Origin: Glaucostegus cemiculus
Taxonomy: Eukaryota
DNA length: 64,000 bases
NCBI GenBank assembly: GCA_976551045.1
Contig: CDPCPM010000019.1
Span: forward strand, 11,594,001-11,658,000
Direction of reading: 5' to 3'
The notes beneath the pieces are model-generated. The model was not told the DNA's origin, did no database searches, and saw only the letters and a program-made list of their open reading frames with translations. Within the stretch, counting starts at the first letter, position 1; the number at the start of each line of letters is the position of its first letter. The translations under genes were made by a program, and so were the position numbers. Of this stretch, positions 14,177 to 28,159 are shown piece after piece.

Positions 14177-15758
14177 GTGAGTGACTCTTTATTAAACTAC
14201 TTCTGAATCTTGTCTTCCAATCTGGTGTGTATATATACTGTCCTCCTCCACACGAGCCCATTCCAATCAAATGAAAGGAGTACAACTGAAAAGCAAAGTG
14301 CCATGATGTAAAATACAGGTTCAAGGTTCTATAGGCTAGTGGTCAGATACCATCATTGTACATTTAAATGATGCAGGCCAGAAAATCCAAGATTTGCTCT
14401 CTCTGCTGAGCTCACTGTAGGGTAAAATCAGCTGGAATACCTATTGCTTATTATAGTGCAACATTCTTCTGCTGAAAATTGGTACCTGGATATTGGGTGA
14501 AAGGTGATATGTCAAGGAATCTGACGGTCGTCATTGCCTAAAGCCCACAATAGCCCTACGGTGTAATGTACAGAAAAAATCTGCAAGAATGTTGCAGCTA
14601 CGGTCAAGCTTGGATGAAAGATTAGCCAGACTGTTGGTGTTTTCCTTGGAACAGAGGAGGCTAAGGGGAGATTTAATTGTGATGTATGAAAATTGAGAGT
14701 TCTAGATAGGGTACTTATGCATTCATGAATCCTTGTGAAGGGAAGTTTATAACCAGTAAGACAGATTTAAAGTAGAAGGATTAGAAAGGAATTGGTAAAC
14801 ATATTTTTCACCCAAACGATGGTAAAGATAAAAACTCATTTTGTGAAAGGTTAGTAGAGGCAGAGATCCATTTTTAAAAAAAAAACCTGGATGTGTATTT
14901 GATGTGTTACTTACTGCAAGTCTGGGTGCTGGGAAGATGGGTTGATCTAAATACCTTATCCTCAGTTGGAAGAACCACCTTCTGTGCAGAGAATTTATAT
15001 CATGTTTCTCTGTTGATTACAGTACCACACTACAAAACTAGGATTTATGAATTTAAATCGTACATTGTGTGTTGTGAAGCAATTCTATATACCTCATTTT
15101 CAGGCCAACAAGAAAAAAATAGCCACCTAGAGTGCCAGAGTTTTTGTAATAGTGGGAATGGCTCACTATCTTCCTCACTCCAGTAAAAGGAACCACTTGT
15201 TTTCTACATAATTCAAGTATATGACTGGTCATTAATGCCACCAGGAAAACTGGAAAATGGCAACAAATGCAGTCTTGCAAGCAGTATCCATGTCCCTAAA
15301 ACATAACTAAGACTGAGAAGGGCAGTCCTAAAAGGATGTTTGCATTATGGTACTTCACCCCAGTAAGGTTTGGGCATCATCAGTTCCAGGAAGAAAAGTG
15401 AATTAAATTTAGGAAAGAATTTTTTTAAGAGGAAGAGTAATTGCATGGAAATGTTGTTTCATTAGACTTAAAAGAAGAAGAATGTACCATTTAGGTTGAG
15501 TGACAGAGTGGTTCCTTGTTTTCAATGTTTGAAGAAAGTACTTGTGCTTTTTATTTCTCAGTCTAAAATTGTAGCTTCAGTAGAGGGAGATTTTTGTCAG
15601 TGCTTTAAGTAATTTAAACGATAAACAGCCACAGATGCTTTTTGAGATTAGATTATCTTTTCAGGATTTTCTTTGCCTCCATACAGCTTGGTTAAAATGC
15701 GTCTCTTATGTACCTCAATTAGATTACTTCCAATAAAAATATTTTTACTGTTTTACAG

Positions 15759-15848
15759 CAACAGAAACTGCACAGCAGCTCAAAAAGACCTCTGGAGTGC
15801 CTTTTCTTGCCAAAGGGAGAGGTTTGGTTAAGAAACTGGATACCACTA
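15759..15848 (+). CDS. NELFA: NELFA exon 4
   Basis: ttttacag|CA...CTA|gtatgt. (S)TETAQQLKKTSGVPFLAKGRGLVKKLDTT. Confidence 0.95.
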
Positions 15849-16082
15849 GTATGTACTATTAGTTACTAATAATCCATATTCTAAGTAAATCAATATCGTT
15901 GCTGCAGTGTGCTTTAATTCTGGAAAATGTAGAATTTGCAGATTACCTTAAGTGCAGTTTTTGAACAATTCATCTTTTGGAAATTCTCCTTAACCATGTA
16001 GCATGGTTAGACATAAAAGAACAGCTGTTTTCTAAAGTCAAACTTGTGGCTTTATGTATGTATAACATCTGTTTGACTGCAG

Positions 16083-16210
16083 CTCCCCTTAAAGGGATCC
16101 CAAAGCAAGCTCCATTCCGGAGCCCCACTACTCCCAGTGTCTTCAGTCCATCAACAAACAGAACACCAATGGCTGTTCGGACGCCTGTGCGAAAAGAGAG
16201 GGGTGTGAAG
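16083..16210 (+). CDS. NELFA: NELFA exon 5
   Basis: ctgcag|CT...AAG|gttagt. (T)PLKGIPKQAPFRSPTTPSVFSPSTNRTPMAVRTPVRKERGVK. Confidence 0.95.
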
Positions 16211-17412
16211 GTTAGTTTATTCAATGGCAGAGTTAAGTCTCTGTTTACTGCAGATATTGTTGTTTTGAACCTTTGAGTCTAGTGTAATTAGCCTGGTTTA
16301 ATTAACATGGGTCAATCAGTATCGACCCATCACTTAACGCTTTAGTTTTCTCTAAAGGAATTGCAATACACCCTGTGTTACAGAAAGGTTGCATTCCTAG
16401 AAAAACATATGTATCACAATTTTCTGTAACGTGAACCCTTGATAAAAATTGATTAAATTTGTTGTTTCTTTTGCATTTTGTTTATTTAATTTTTCTTCTC
16501 GCATAAGTTCCATAAGAGTGAATTTTTACTCCATATCTCAGATTTTTGATCAGGACTTGTGAATTCCCATTACCCAAACTGCCTTAATGCAGTGGCACAC
16601 TTTAATTTCCCTCGAGTTAATATTATGTATATGCATGATTAATATCACTTTTTTTCAAAACTCCAACCAAAAATATTGTTTCCTTTTACTCTTTTGAAAT
16701 GGTAACATTGAAAATTTTTATCATTTTAAAAGAACAGTACTTTATAAGTTGTTTTTTGATCAATCAGATAAATGTGCTTTTCTATCCCCCTCCTCTAGCC
16801 TTTTTCATCAATATCAAAAAATGTTCCTTTTTTTTTATAACCTGGATTCATTTGTGGCTGAGGTTATGAATTTATAAAGGCTTTTGAAAATGGATAAATA
16901 TTTTTAAAATATTTTTTGTACTTGCTACAGAATTCCGCAGTCACTTTAAACTGCTCTGTATATCACTCCTGACTTGATATTCATAAATCTGTGTGAATGA
17001 ATGAGGGTTGCAAATTCTACAAAAGGCCATGGCTATTGGAAATTACAATCTTCATTTGGTGAATTTATGTGTACAATTTGTAATCATTCAACCAAGAAAA
17101 AAGCACTGAGAAAAAATCCTTGTAAAATGCATCAATCTGTCCAACTACAACGGTGCTGGAATTAGAATGCATATACAAGAGAAAAAACGTTGCGTATCCT
17201 TGACCCATCTGATTTTTCCCTCGTTTTTTTAAATTCTTGTTAGTCTTATCACAGAAGAGTAATTCCATCACTTGAATAATTAGCAAGTGATTTTTGAATT
17301 TGGGAAATGTAAATAACCAGAAATGTTGAATTTGTGATGTGTTTTGGCATTAAAATGTCAGGGCAAACTCAAACGTTGCTCAACATTAACATGATCTTCT
17401 GTTCTGTTCTAG

Positions 17413-17482
17413 TTGCTCGACATATCAGAGCTTGATATGGTAGGTGCTGGTCGGGAAGCTAAAAGGAGAAGGAAGACACTAG
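17413..17482 (+). CDS. NELFA: NELFA exon 6
   Basis: ttctag|TTG...CTAG|gttagt. LLDISELDMVGAGREAKRRRKTL. Confidence 0.95.
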
Positions 17483-17589
17483 GTTAGTGAAATCCAGTCT
17501 TCGCTGCAAAATCATTAGTGTCACATGGCTATGTTGAGAGAAACTAGAGTAGGAGGCTAATCCATTTATCAATGCCATAGAAACATAGT

Positions 17590-20090
17590 AATTTGGAGCA
17601 GGAGGTGGGCAGAAGGTGTGGGGTGGCTCTGTCGGTAAAAAATGAAATCAAATTTTTAGAAAGAAGTGACATAGGATCAAAAGATGTAGAATCCTCATGG
17701 TTAGAGTTAAGAAACTGCAAGGGTAAAAAGGCCCTGATGGGAGTTATATACAGGCCTCAGAATAATAGCCAGGATGTGGGGTACAAATTACAACCGGAGA
17801 CAGAAAAGGCAATGTTACAGTGGTCATGGGGAATTTCAATATGCCGGTAGATTGAGAAAATCAGGTGGGTACTGGATCCCAAGGGAAGGAATTTGTAGAA
17901 TGCCTACAAGGTGGCTTTTTAGAGCAGCTTGTGGTCGAGCCCGCTAGGGAAAAGGCAATTCAGAATTTGGTGTTGTGTAATGAACCAGATTTGATTAGGG
18001 AGCTTAAGGTAAAGGAACCCTCAGGAGGCAGTGATCATAATATGATAGAATTCAACCTGCAGTTTGAGAGGGAGAAGTTGAAATCGTATGTATCGGTATT
18101 GCAGTTGAGTAAAGATAACTGCAGAGGCATAAGAGAGGAGCTGGCCAGAGTTGATTGGAAGGGGACCTTAGCAGGGATGATGGTAGAGCAGCAATGGCAG
18201 AAGTTTCTGGGAGTAATTTGGAAGACACTGGATCAGTTCATCCCAAAGAAGAAACCGCATTCTAAAGGGAGGATGAGGCAACTGTGGCTGACAAGGGAAG
18301 TCAAAGACAGCATAAAAGCAAAAGAGAGGGCATACAATATTGCAAAAAGTAGTGGGAAGCTAGAGGATTGGGAAGCTTTTAAAAACCAACAGAAGGCAAC
18401 TAATAAACCAATAAGGGGAGAAAAGGTGACATATGAAGGTAAGCTAGCCAATAGTATAAAAGAGGATACCAAAAGTTTTTTCAGATATAGGGTAAGAGGC
18501 AAGGGTGGACATTGGACCTCTGGAAAATGACGCTGAAGAGGTAGTAACGGGAAACAAGGACATGACGGATGAACTGAATAAGTATTTTGTGTCAGTCTTC
18601 ACTGTGGAAGACACCAGCAACATGCCAGAAATTCAAGAGAGTTGGGAGAGAGGTGGTGGTTGCACAGAAGTGAGTGTAGTCACTATTATTAAGGAAAAAG
18701 TGTTTGAGAAGCTGAAAGGTCTGAAGGTAGGTAAGTCACCTAGACCAGATGGACTACACTCCAGGGTTCTCAGAGGTAGTAGAAGAGATTGTGGAGGCAT
18801 TTGTAGTGATTTTTCCAGATTCACTAGATTCAGGAATGGTTCTGGAGGATTGGAAAATTGCAAATGTCACTCCACTCTTGAAGGGAGGGAAGCAAAAGGC
18901 AGGAAATTATAGGCCAGTTAGCCTGACTTCAGTGGTTGGTAAGATGTTAGAGTTAGATATCAAAGATAAGGATACTTGGAAGCTCATGATAAAATAGACT
19001 TTCAGAAGGCCTTTGACGAAGTGCCGCACATGAGGATGTTAAACAAGATAGGAGCCTGTGGTATTACAGGAAAGGTACCAGCATGAATAGAAGATTGGCT
19101 GACTGGCAGAAGGCACAGAGCAGGATTGAAGGGAGCCTTTTCTGGTTGACTACCAGTGACTAGTGATGTTCTGCAAGGTCTGCTTTTTTCATATTATATG
19201 TTAATGATCTGGATGATGGAATCGATGGCTTTGTGGCCAAGTTTGTGGATGATGCAAAGATGGGTGGAAGAGCAAGTAGTGTTGGGGAAGCAGGGAGTCA
19301 GTGGTAGGACTTGGACTGGTTGGGAGAATGGGCAAAGAAGTGGCAGATGGAATACAGCATAGGGAAAGTGTATGGTCATGCACTTTGGTAGAAGGAATAT
19401 AACCGTGGACTGTTTTCTAAGTGGGGAGGGAATTCAGAAATTGGAGGTAGAAAGGAACTTGGGAGTCCTAGTGCAGGATTCCCTAAAGGTTAATTTGCAG
19501 GTTGAATCAGTAGTAAGGAAGGCAAATGCAATGTTAGCATTCATATCAGGAGGACTAGAATATAAAAGCAAGGATGTAATGCTGAGGCTTTACAAGTCAT
19601 TGGTCAGGCCACATTTGGAGTATTGTGAGCAGTTTTGGGTCCTGTGAATGAAAAGGTTAACATATGAGGAGCATTTGATGGCTCTGGGCCTGTACTCACT
19701 GGAGTTTAGAAGTATGAGGGGGAATCTCATTGAAACCTACCAAATTGGAAGGCCTGGATAGAGTGGATATGGAGAGCATGTTTCCAGTGGTGGGAGAGTC
19801 CTGGACCACAGGACACAGCCTCAGAAGAGAAGGACATCCCTTTAGAACAGAGGTGAGGAGGAATTTCTTTAGCCAGAGGGTGGTAAATCTGGAATTCATT
19901 GCCACAGAAGGCTGTGGAGGCCAAGTCATTGGGTATATTGAAAGCGAAGGTTGATAGGTTCTTGATTAGTAAGGGTGTCAAAGGTTTTGGGGAGAAGGCA
20001 GGAGAATGGGGTTGAGAGGAAAAATAAATCAGCCATGATTGATGGTGGAATAGACTTGATGGGCTGAATGGCCTAATTCTGCTCCACTCT
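17590..20090 (+). mobile_element. CR1-clade LINE ORF2 remnant (APE endonuclease to RT and 3' UTR) in NELFA intron 6
   Basis: GVIYRP, SDHNMIEF, NYRPVSLTSVVGK and RPHLEYC motifs across frameshifted ORFs. Confidence 0.92.
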
Positions 20091-22121
20091 TTGAATAAAC
20101 ATTTTTAATCCTCATACTTGTTAACACCATGTAATGGAAGTATAAAGATTGTGGCCAGCTCCTTTGGAGTTTCAACCTTTGCATCCCTCCTTATCCCATC
20201 AAAATCATATCCCTTTTAATAACATGTTAATATATTTTGATTTTTGATCTTTTCCACAATTCCTTTCCCAGAACTACTCTTGGTAAAATCCAGATCCTTG
20301 GCCACATCTTCTTTCTTCAGTAAATCTTCTTCACTCTTAACTGGCACTACTGCTCATCTAACTACCCTTTTGCTATAGATAAGGCCCTGCCTGAACTCTG
20401 ATTTTTGCAGATTCCACAATATCAGTCCTCTATTGCAGTGGGCCGGATCATCCAACCAGCTGCTTCTCCTGGGGTCTCTGGTCTCCTTCTGGGTCACTCC
20501 TGGTGTCTCTGACCTCCCTCTCGGTGCTTGCCATCTGCCCACCCTATCCCAGAGCCCAGTCTCGCCTGTTTCTGCAGCAGATCTAACGCTATCCCTGGAT
20601 TGCAGCAATGAATTGTATTGCCCTGAGAGAAATGTACTGAAAAAAAAAGATACACAAGAATGTAAAATACTTCACAGACATGATTTAAATATTTATTTAA
20701 TTTATGCTTATTATCCCTTCAAAGAAAATTTATATGATTCTTGCAAATAGTTATTTTTTTCACAATATTGACTTTTCACAATTTATTTTTGAACTGCAAG
20801 CTAGCTGGGACCATGCATGTAAAAGGTGTTTGCATTCCCTTTATTAATAATCAAGCTACTGAAAAATCATTTCTCTTTTCACTAGAATCCTGTATTTATA
20901 TACAACTTCATTCTCCTTTTGGATTTTCAAGCTTGTGCTTGTAATCCATTTCGTTGCAAACACCTAACCTTCCCCTGTTCTGTGATTTGTCTCTTTTTCA
21001 TCCTTTCATTTTGTCATGAGGTAGGATGTCTCTTTAAGAGTTGGTCACTGCATGTGTCCTTCCTAATTTAGTTTTTCAAAGAAGGATTACTAATGATAGA
21101 AATGTTTTGCCCTGAAATTAAACAAATTGTTCATTCTATATGGCTTTCTGCAAACTGTTGTATTTGCTTAATTTTGGGCCAAGGTGCTTGAGTTTAATTA
21201 GTAATTCTTCAAAAATATAGTTGTCCTTTTGGGTTTATGGGCTTTCCTTACACAATAATGTAGGACTTCACTTTGTGCATGTACACTATGATTTACTTTG
21301 TAGTTAGATGATGCAGTGTAAATCACTGGTAAATTGGCTTTTAATCTTCAAAGAATGTGTGAATTTTTCCTTTTAAGTTTCACCTGATGCTTCACCTTTT
21401 AGGATGATTCAAGCCTTGTAAGTGAAGCAAATTGAGATGTCCTTAGTGACATGGTAAAGTACTATTAACCACAATTTTTCATAGGAGGTTTGCACTTTTT
21501 TTTTAAATGTAGCAACAGTAGTGTTGTAATGGTTTAACAGTCCAATCTTTTGCAGTTAGAGTATGATTTGTAATACAATGCAGCTTCTTCCTGCTCCCTG
21601 AAATTAGCTTGAGCATGTCAATCACCATCTATTATAGCTGTAAAACAAGTTTACTATGTGATAATAAATCTTGGGCTGAGAAACATGGATAGTGGAATTG
21701 AAACATTCATGTAAGAAGTTAGGAATGCTCTATGAAACAGTACTTGTAAATGCTGTGACATATGGGAAATTTTACCCCTATACCTTGTGCTAGACCTGAA
21801 GTGGACCAGTTTGATTATTCTCAGTGGATAATTTTATTCATCAGTGTAGATGGTCATATTAATAAACTGAAATCTCATTCCCTAATCCTCCCAACCCCTG
21901 TACAAAAGAAATCTTGTACATAGTAAAGCACAGTGTGCCACTTAGGAACCAGAAGAACCTGTCTATGCTCAGATGAAGTACATGTATTAACCTTCCTAAG
22001 TGTTCTCTCACTGAAGGTAATTTTTACACTTATCTGATCCAGAAGTTGTCATTTATTTTACTTTGATCCATTGGCAGATAAAACATCTGGTGACATTTCT
22101 GAATTTTCTTCTTCAATTTAG

Positions 22122-22210
22122 ATACAGAAGTTGCAGAAAAACCAGCCAAAGAAGAAATGGTTGTTGACAGTGTCACACCAGATTATGCCGTGGGTCTGGT
22201 CTCCACACAG
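22122..22210 (+). CDS. NELFA: NELFA exon 7
   Basis: atttag|AT...CAG|gtaagt. (D)TEVAEKPAKEEMVVDSVTPDYAVGLVSTQ. Confidence 0.94.
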
Positions 22211-22739
22211 GTAAGTTGAAGAAGAGGTATCAGTGAAGGTGAAGCTAATTAACCTTGAGATTTTGAACATTTTATGAAAAGTAAATTAGGGGGTTGTTGT
22301 TTGAAATTATGATTTCTTTGCCGTATTTAAGCAGACTCCAGCTGCAAACATGCATGTTGTAATTATTTCCTCTAATCCTTAATTTATTAAATTTCTTATT
22401 TTTATATTGAAGTGAATTACTTTAAAAGAAGTCTGTGCAGGTCTAAACACTTTTGTGGCGAATGAGTCAGCTTGTTGTAAAATGAAGTAGCACTGCTTTA
22501 AGTATATTTTCTGTCCTGTGGATAAATTTCAGTTGCTAAATTAAATGGCTTTGAAAAATTTGAAAGAATCCTTGATATTATAATCATGCATTTTAAGTTT
22601 GATCTTGTTGAAAAATGCTTGCGAGCACATGATATAGGGTCTAATTTTATTCTGAAACATCTAATTGTCTTCATAAATGCTTGTATTCTTTAAAGGCTAG
22701 TAATATTTTCTTGCAAATTCCTTGTGTATTTTTTCCCAG

Positions 22740-22851
22740 AAACTTGGTGCTTTGAGTAATGATAATGCACTACCATCTACTAGTTACTTACCTGCTACAC
22801 CAAGTATGGTGCCATCATCTTCGTACATTTCCAGCTCTGAAACTCCACAAG
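22740..22851 (+). CDS. NELFA: NELFA exon 8
   Basis: tcccag|AAA...CAAG|gtaaat. KLGALSNDNALPSTSYLPATPSMVPSSSYISSSETPQ. Confidence 0.93.
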
Positions 22852-23623
22852 GTAAATGCCAGTAAACTTGAGGAGGTGGTAGTCATTAGTTTTATTTTTA
22901 ATTAGAAGGATACAACACAAACACAACACTGTCTTGTTTTGCAAATAACAAGTATCCAGCAGGAAACAGTCTATAATCATTGTTCTCCGGCATATGTTTA
23001 GTGAATGTCTAACTTGATTGCAATGGAAATTGATATTAGGGATGGAACTTTTCTCTGAGCAATCATTTCTCCCATGTGCTTTGCTGTGCATGTCTTGTGA
23101 ATTATGTGATAGGCGATCATACCCAAAGACACACTATTGTGTTGAATCAAAAGGCACTACGGCAGATTTTTTATTTGTAGTGGAGTCCAAAACTTAATGG
23201 TCAGAAACATCCAATTCGGGAGAAACATCTTTCCCTATAGAGTAATGAGAAAGAGGAATTTGCTATCACATAAATTTAAGGTGCATTTTGTTATAAGGAA
23301 TAACATGATAGAATATGTTGTATTAAAATAAAAGACAAGATATTATGAGGCAAAAGTGGTCAAAGAATACTGAAATAAGCCATTTGGGCTTAATGGCATG
23401 TTTCTTTGTCGAGTTCCAAGCACAAGCCTGAGGCTTTAAGGGGAATAAAATAATGAGAGATGATTAATATATTTATGCTTTAACAATGTCTGTCTGTAGC
23501 TTATGTGGGTACAACCAATGATTAGATTTTTAATAATTTAATAAGATCTTTAATAAATAACAGTATAGATATAGAAGAATGTTGGAAATGGTAGTTACAG
23601 ATTCTTTCCTCTTCCCTGTGCAG

Positions 23624-23925
23624 CTAACACAGTTGGATCAGTCCGGGAGGCTCTCCAGGCAAATAGACTATCGGAAGAGTCAACAGCTCCTACCTCTGGT
23701 CTACCAGGCCAGTTCAAACAAAGAACCCCAATTTATAACAGCAGCTCAGCAACATCTACCTCAGCCACCACTGCCCCGAGTACCGTGCCTGTCACAGTGA
23801 CAGCACAAACGACACCTGTACAGCAACAGTCGCAGCCTCAGCAGCAGACGCAACAACAGCAGCAGGCACAGCAGCAGCAGACACAGCCATTGCAGCCACA
23901 GCCTCGTAAGAGTCTTTCACTCACA
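23624..23925 (+). CDS. NELFA: NELFA exon 9 (S/T/P-rich and Q-rich linker)
   Basis: gtgcag|CT...ACA|gtaagt. ...LPGQFKQRTPIYN...QQQSQPQQQTQQQQQAQQQQTQPLQPQPRKSLSLT; frame is consistent with exons 8 and 10. Confidence 0.92.
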
Positions 23926-24517
23926 GTAAGTAGCAAATATGGGCCTGGCTTTTTTTTTATTTTGAAGACAATGAATTAAAAATTTGATCTCCACATGTTG
24001 CCATGTGAAGAAAAAAGTGTCCATCTGAAAAAGAAACTGAAACTTCTCCTGTCTGTGACATTCAGTCTAGATTTGTTAGATGTTTGTCTGGGTCTTCACT
24101 TCCCACTACTTAGTGCTTCTAGCATTCTCCATTTTTGTTTCAGATTTCCAGCATCTGCAGTTTTTTCTTGCTTCATTATTGTGTTATGGAGGGATTGGAT
24201 TATAAAGAGCTGTTTGAAATCAAAAAGCTGTTTAAACTCTACTGCTTGTGCCCTATAAGCACATCAGTGTCTCTAGGTGAAGTAAGTTGTACAGTGGCAG
24301 ATTTTTAAGGCCTGTGGGGTTGTGGCTGCATAGTCAATCTTAGGAGATGGTTGGTAGATTGTTTGCGACAGTAAAATTCTGATAGTCTGCACACTGGTGC
24401 TAGGCTAGCTCATTTTAGATGCTACACAGTATTATAATTCCTTCAGTGAACCAAGTGAGTGAAGTGTGCGGGAACTGGGTCCTGATGGGTGGGAAAGGAG
24501 AGCAGCAAACATTACCT

Positions 24518-24785
24518 CGGCGGCACAATAGCGTAGCAGTTAGTGCGATGCTGTTACAGCGCCAGCGATCGGTGTTCGATTCCCGTCGCTTACTGTAAGG
24601 AGTTTGTACGTTCTCTACGTTCTCCCGTGTCTGCGTGGGTTTCCTCTGGGTGCTCCGGTTTCCCCTCTCATTCTAAAAGACGTACGGGTAGGTTAATTTG
24701 TGGGTGTATAAAATGGGCGGCACGGACTCATTGGGCCGAAAGGGCCTGTTACCACGCTGTAAATAAAATTTTTAAAAAATTTTAA
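24518..24785 (+). mobile_element. tRNA-derived V-SINE (HE1-like)
   Basis: A box TAGCGTAGCAGTT, B box GTTCGATTCCC, V-type core, CR1-like 3' end (GGGCCGAAAGGGCCTGT) and AT-rich tail. Confidence 0.82.
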
Positions 24786-25842
24786 TTCAAATGCCCAATC
24801 TTTGGCTACTGGATTATTGGAGTTTTACTATTACTAAATAACTAGATGGATGATAGATGACAACTTTAGAGAACCAATTGTCTGCAAAAGAAAATCTTTC
24901 CATTAAAAAGCCAATAGGTTACATAGTTTTCTTGGAAGATAAATAGATTATTAACTATGTTAATTTGATATTAAGGCTTAAAATATAGATGTAACCTACT
25001 AGAGATACCCAAGCAGCTGGAGAATCCAGAGAAGTTAACATTTTAAAAATAAAGAGAATGTTGCATTCTCCATATCTAGACCAGGAAAACTAAAGACATA
25101 GCCTGCAGTGGAAGGGAAGCAGGAATTAATCCAAAACTATCTCTAGAATTAAGGTTGGTCGTCATCATGGCTATCCCTTGAGGTCGAGGATGATGGTCTT
25201 TGTTCCATTGATCTATTTATTAGCCCACAGAGCGAAGACGCCTGTGCGTGTGTTTGTTTAACGTGTACTTGATGATGCACTACAAAGAGCACACAATACT
25301 TCATAAATCAACCAATTTAATCAACCAAGTAAGGTTGCTACTCCCTTTCCAAAAAAGAATGTTAAAGATATCAGGGAAGGCAATTTCAACTTGCCGTGCC
25401 AACACCTGCTCACATTTAGAAGACAGCATTGAGAGTTTTGTATACTCTGTATTGGAGAGGCAGGGCACTTCATTGATATATTTAAGTCATGCTCCATTAG
25501 TGCATTTGGGACATTGGTTTAAATTTAATTAACTTGTGTTTGTACAGGGAAATCTGAACCTAAATGGAGATGAGAGAAGCCAGTTCCAAGAGATGAGTGC
25601 ATTTTAGAAAACCTTTTTATGGATCTGGAGGAGTAGGAATGCCCACCATTTCATCCAACCTCATCCCCTCATACCTCCAAGTCAAGAGATTATGATTGTT
25701 GATCATTAATTTCTCTTTTGTATCGTGTGGCTCCAAGGTTGACAGGGTGAACATTGATCTTGCTCATTTTTTAAATTAGCATTTCTGTGTTCCCTATATT
25801 TAATTTTGCAGTTATTCTCACCCTATATTTTATTTCTTGCAG

Positions 25843-25942
25843 AGAGACCAAATGTATGCAGCCCAAGAAATGTTCAAGACTGCAAACAAAGTCACGCGCC
25901 CAGAAAAAGCCCTTATACTTGGGTTTATGGCAGGTTCAAGAG
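25843..25942 (+). CDS. NELFA: NELFA exon 10
   Basis: ttgcag|AGA...AGAG|gtatga. RDQMYAAQEMFKTANKVTRPEKALILGFMAGSR. Confidence 0.96.
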
Positions 25943-26759
25943 GTATGATGGAATACTTTTTATTTCTATCCTTGCTACCACTTGCATTGTCGGTGATGAA
26001 CCCACTGCTGTATACTTTGAGAAGCCTCACTCAAATTACCTTTCTTGTGTGGCAGGCCTTTTACTGTATGAGCAATTGGAGGATAATTTAAATAAGAGAA
26101 TACTCTCTGCTGCCCCGCAATAAAATGACTAAATGGCTTGAAATGTGTGTTGTTTAGCTACTGACATACATGACTTGAGATCTCCCACATTGAAATAAAC
26201 TGTTCATGGCCAATCAGTCTTGTTTTATTCAACAAAGATCTAGACAATGTCCCTTCTCTAAAAGCATATCACATACTGAAATAAGCCGCCGATCACTGGC
26301 GTGTCTCCTCGTTTAGGGTCAACAAGTTAACAATCACTCTTTATTGTTGTTGTTGGAAAAATGTGACACTTCAAAGCTCTAGGTGCAAGAGTCAGGCTGC
26401 ATTGATTACAAGACTAGCATAAGTACAGATGACTGTCAGGAGGCTGGGTAAGAAGAGAATTGTGAAAGAGTTGCAACTCTCCATGAAAAGAATATGGTGC
26501 TGTTGTTTACATAGTGTAACAGTCCTTGTTTGGTCATCTTAGTAAAGATGACTGCCACCACCCGCAGGTGTCAGTTTGAGATTTATTACATTACAGGGAG
26601 CAGAACAGCAAAGCTCAATCTGTGGTCACATCCAGTGGTAGCAAGAATGGGATTCCTGGCTGCCTTGTCAGAGTTATACAGCATATGCCAATGATTAAGT
26701 ACCCATCCATACTAATCCCATAAGCCAATACTTGCTCCATAGTCTTCTATGCTCTGATG

Positions 26760-27530
26760 ATTTACCTGCTCGGCAAGTTCTCATATCCTTGGTTCTGTAT
26801 GATCCACTCAATCAGCACCAACAACCATTTAACCTCTGAAATGCTTGCAGTGGTCCACGTTTTCTGGGGAATCATTGTGGATCTTTATTATCAGAATGCT
26901 GGATTGTACAGTGGGAATGTATAGGTTGAGGACCTTTGCTCTGTGAATGTTGAGTATAAGGCCTGTGCTCTCACATGTGTCAGTGAACAGGATGATGATG
27001 ATTTGGAGTTCAGTCTTTGTGCAAGTGTTGCCTGCGTACTGCAACTCAGCTAATCAAGTTGGGGTGAGTGATCTTTGTTCTGGGTTGGACATGGAACAAT
27101 TTGCATCTGGTCCTCTGGTTTAGTTCCAATCCATCAGGAAGCTTGCTGGGGGTGAGGTGCAGCATTGCTGTCAGAAAGATTGAGAAGTGTCATGGAAATG
27201 TTATGGTCTTGCTTGAAGTGTGTCTGTACTGAGACTGGTGCTGTTAAGGATCCATTGGATCCCAGCTTCCATGCCATCATGAGGCAAAAATGGAGGTGAA
27301 TTTCTGCAGATAGGTAAATTTGAGAAAGTTGCTCTACAGTCCCTCCTGACGGAGTGAAAGCCTTTGGGAAGGTTGACAAAGGTCTATATATAGGGGCTGG
27401 TGCTGCTCTCTGCAATTCTGTTAAAGTTGTTTGATGAAGATCATGTCCACTGTGCCAGAACTGCTCTTAGGTCACTGGAAGGAAGCAGTTTGAAAAACCC
27501 TGGTGTTGATTTTCTCTGTGGAAGATTGGG
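26760..27530 (-). mobile_element. Degraded RTE-clade LINE RT fragment
   Basis: ORF 26829-27044 (GLILNIHRAKVL...IKIHNDSPENVDH) resembles the RTE/BovB-type RT C-terminus. Confidence 0.55.
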
Positions 27531-27974
27531 AAGGATCTCTGGATAATTAGATTTGGGAGCAAATACTAGAATCTTGCATATCAGCTTTTTGATAGAAGTG
27601 CTCACTAACTTGTTTGTACATTTTTGGCTATGTGGCTTGACTATCTACTAGCTTATAAAACAACCATTTCCTTTCATCAATAAAGACACGCATCCTGTTT
27701 TCCTCCCCTTCCCCACATTATCTTTAGCTACAATTTTGAAGTGTAAAGTAACTAACCAGGAGACCTGAATTTTTGTCCAGGAATTGTTTGCACAATTTTT
27801 CCTCTGAAATTAAACTTAAATTGCAAGATGCATGAAACTTGGCTATACAAGACAAAGTGTAGAAAGTTGAATGGATTTCTTTACACATTAGACTTCCAAT
27901 TACTAGAGCCATTTTCCTTTAATCACCTTGTCTGTTTAATTCCTGTGTGCCTAACTGATATTTTTTTCTTGCAG

Positions 27975-28159
27975 AAAATCCATGTCCAGAGCAGGGTGAT
28001 ATCATTCAAATCAAATTGAGCGAACATACAGAGGTTCTACCGAAGGCAGATGGTACAGGCAGCACCACAATGTTGGTGGACACAGTCTTTGAAATGAACT
28101 ATGCCACAGGTCAATGGACCAGACTGAAGAAGTACAAGCCTATCACAAATGTGTCCTGA
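27975..28159 (+). CDS. NELFA: NELFA exon 11 (last coding exon, TGA stop)
   Basis: ttgcag|AA. (E)NPCPEQGDIIQIKLSEHTEVLPKADGTGSTTMLVDTVFEMNYATGQWTRLKKYKPITNVS*. Exons 2-11 sum to 1410 nt (470 codons including the stop). Confidence 0.96.

Noticed and set aside
24518-24590. tRNA gene (also about 5290-5360 and 41963-42035)
   Set aside because: The A and B boxes run straight into SINE core and tail sequence, and no complete cloverleaf is evident.
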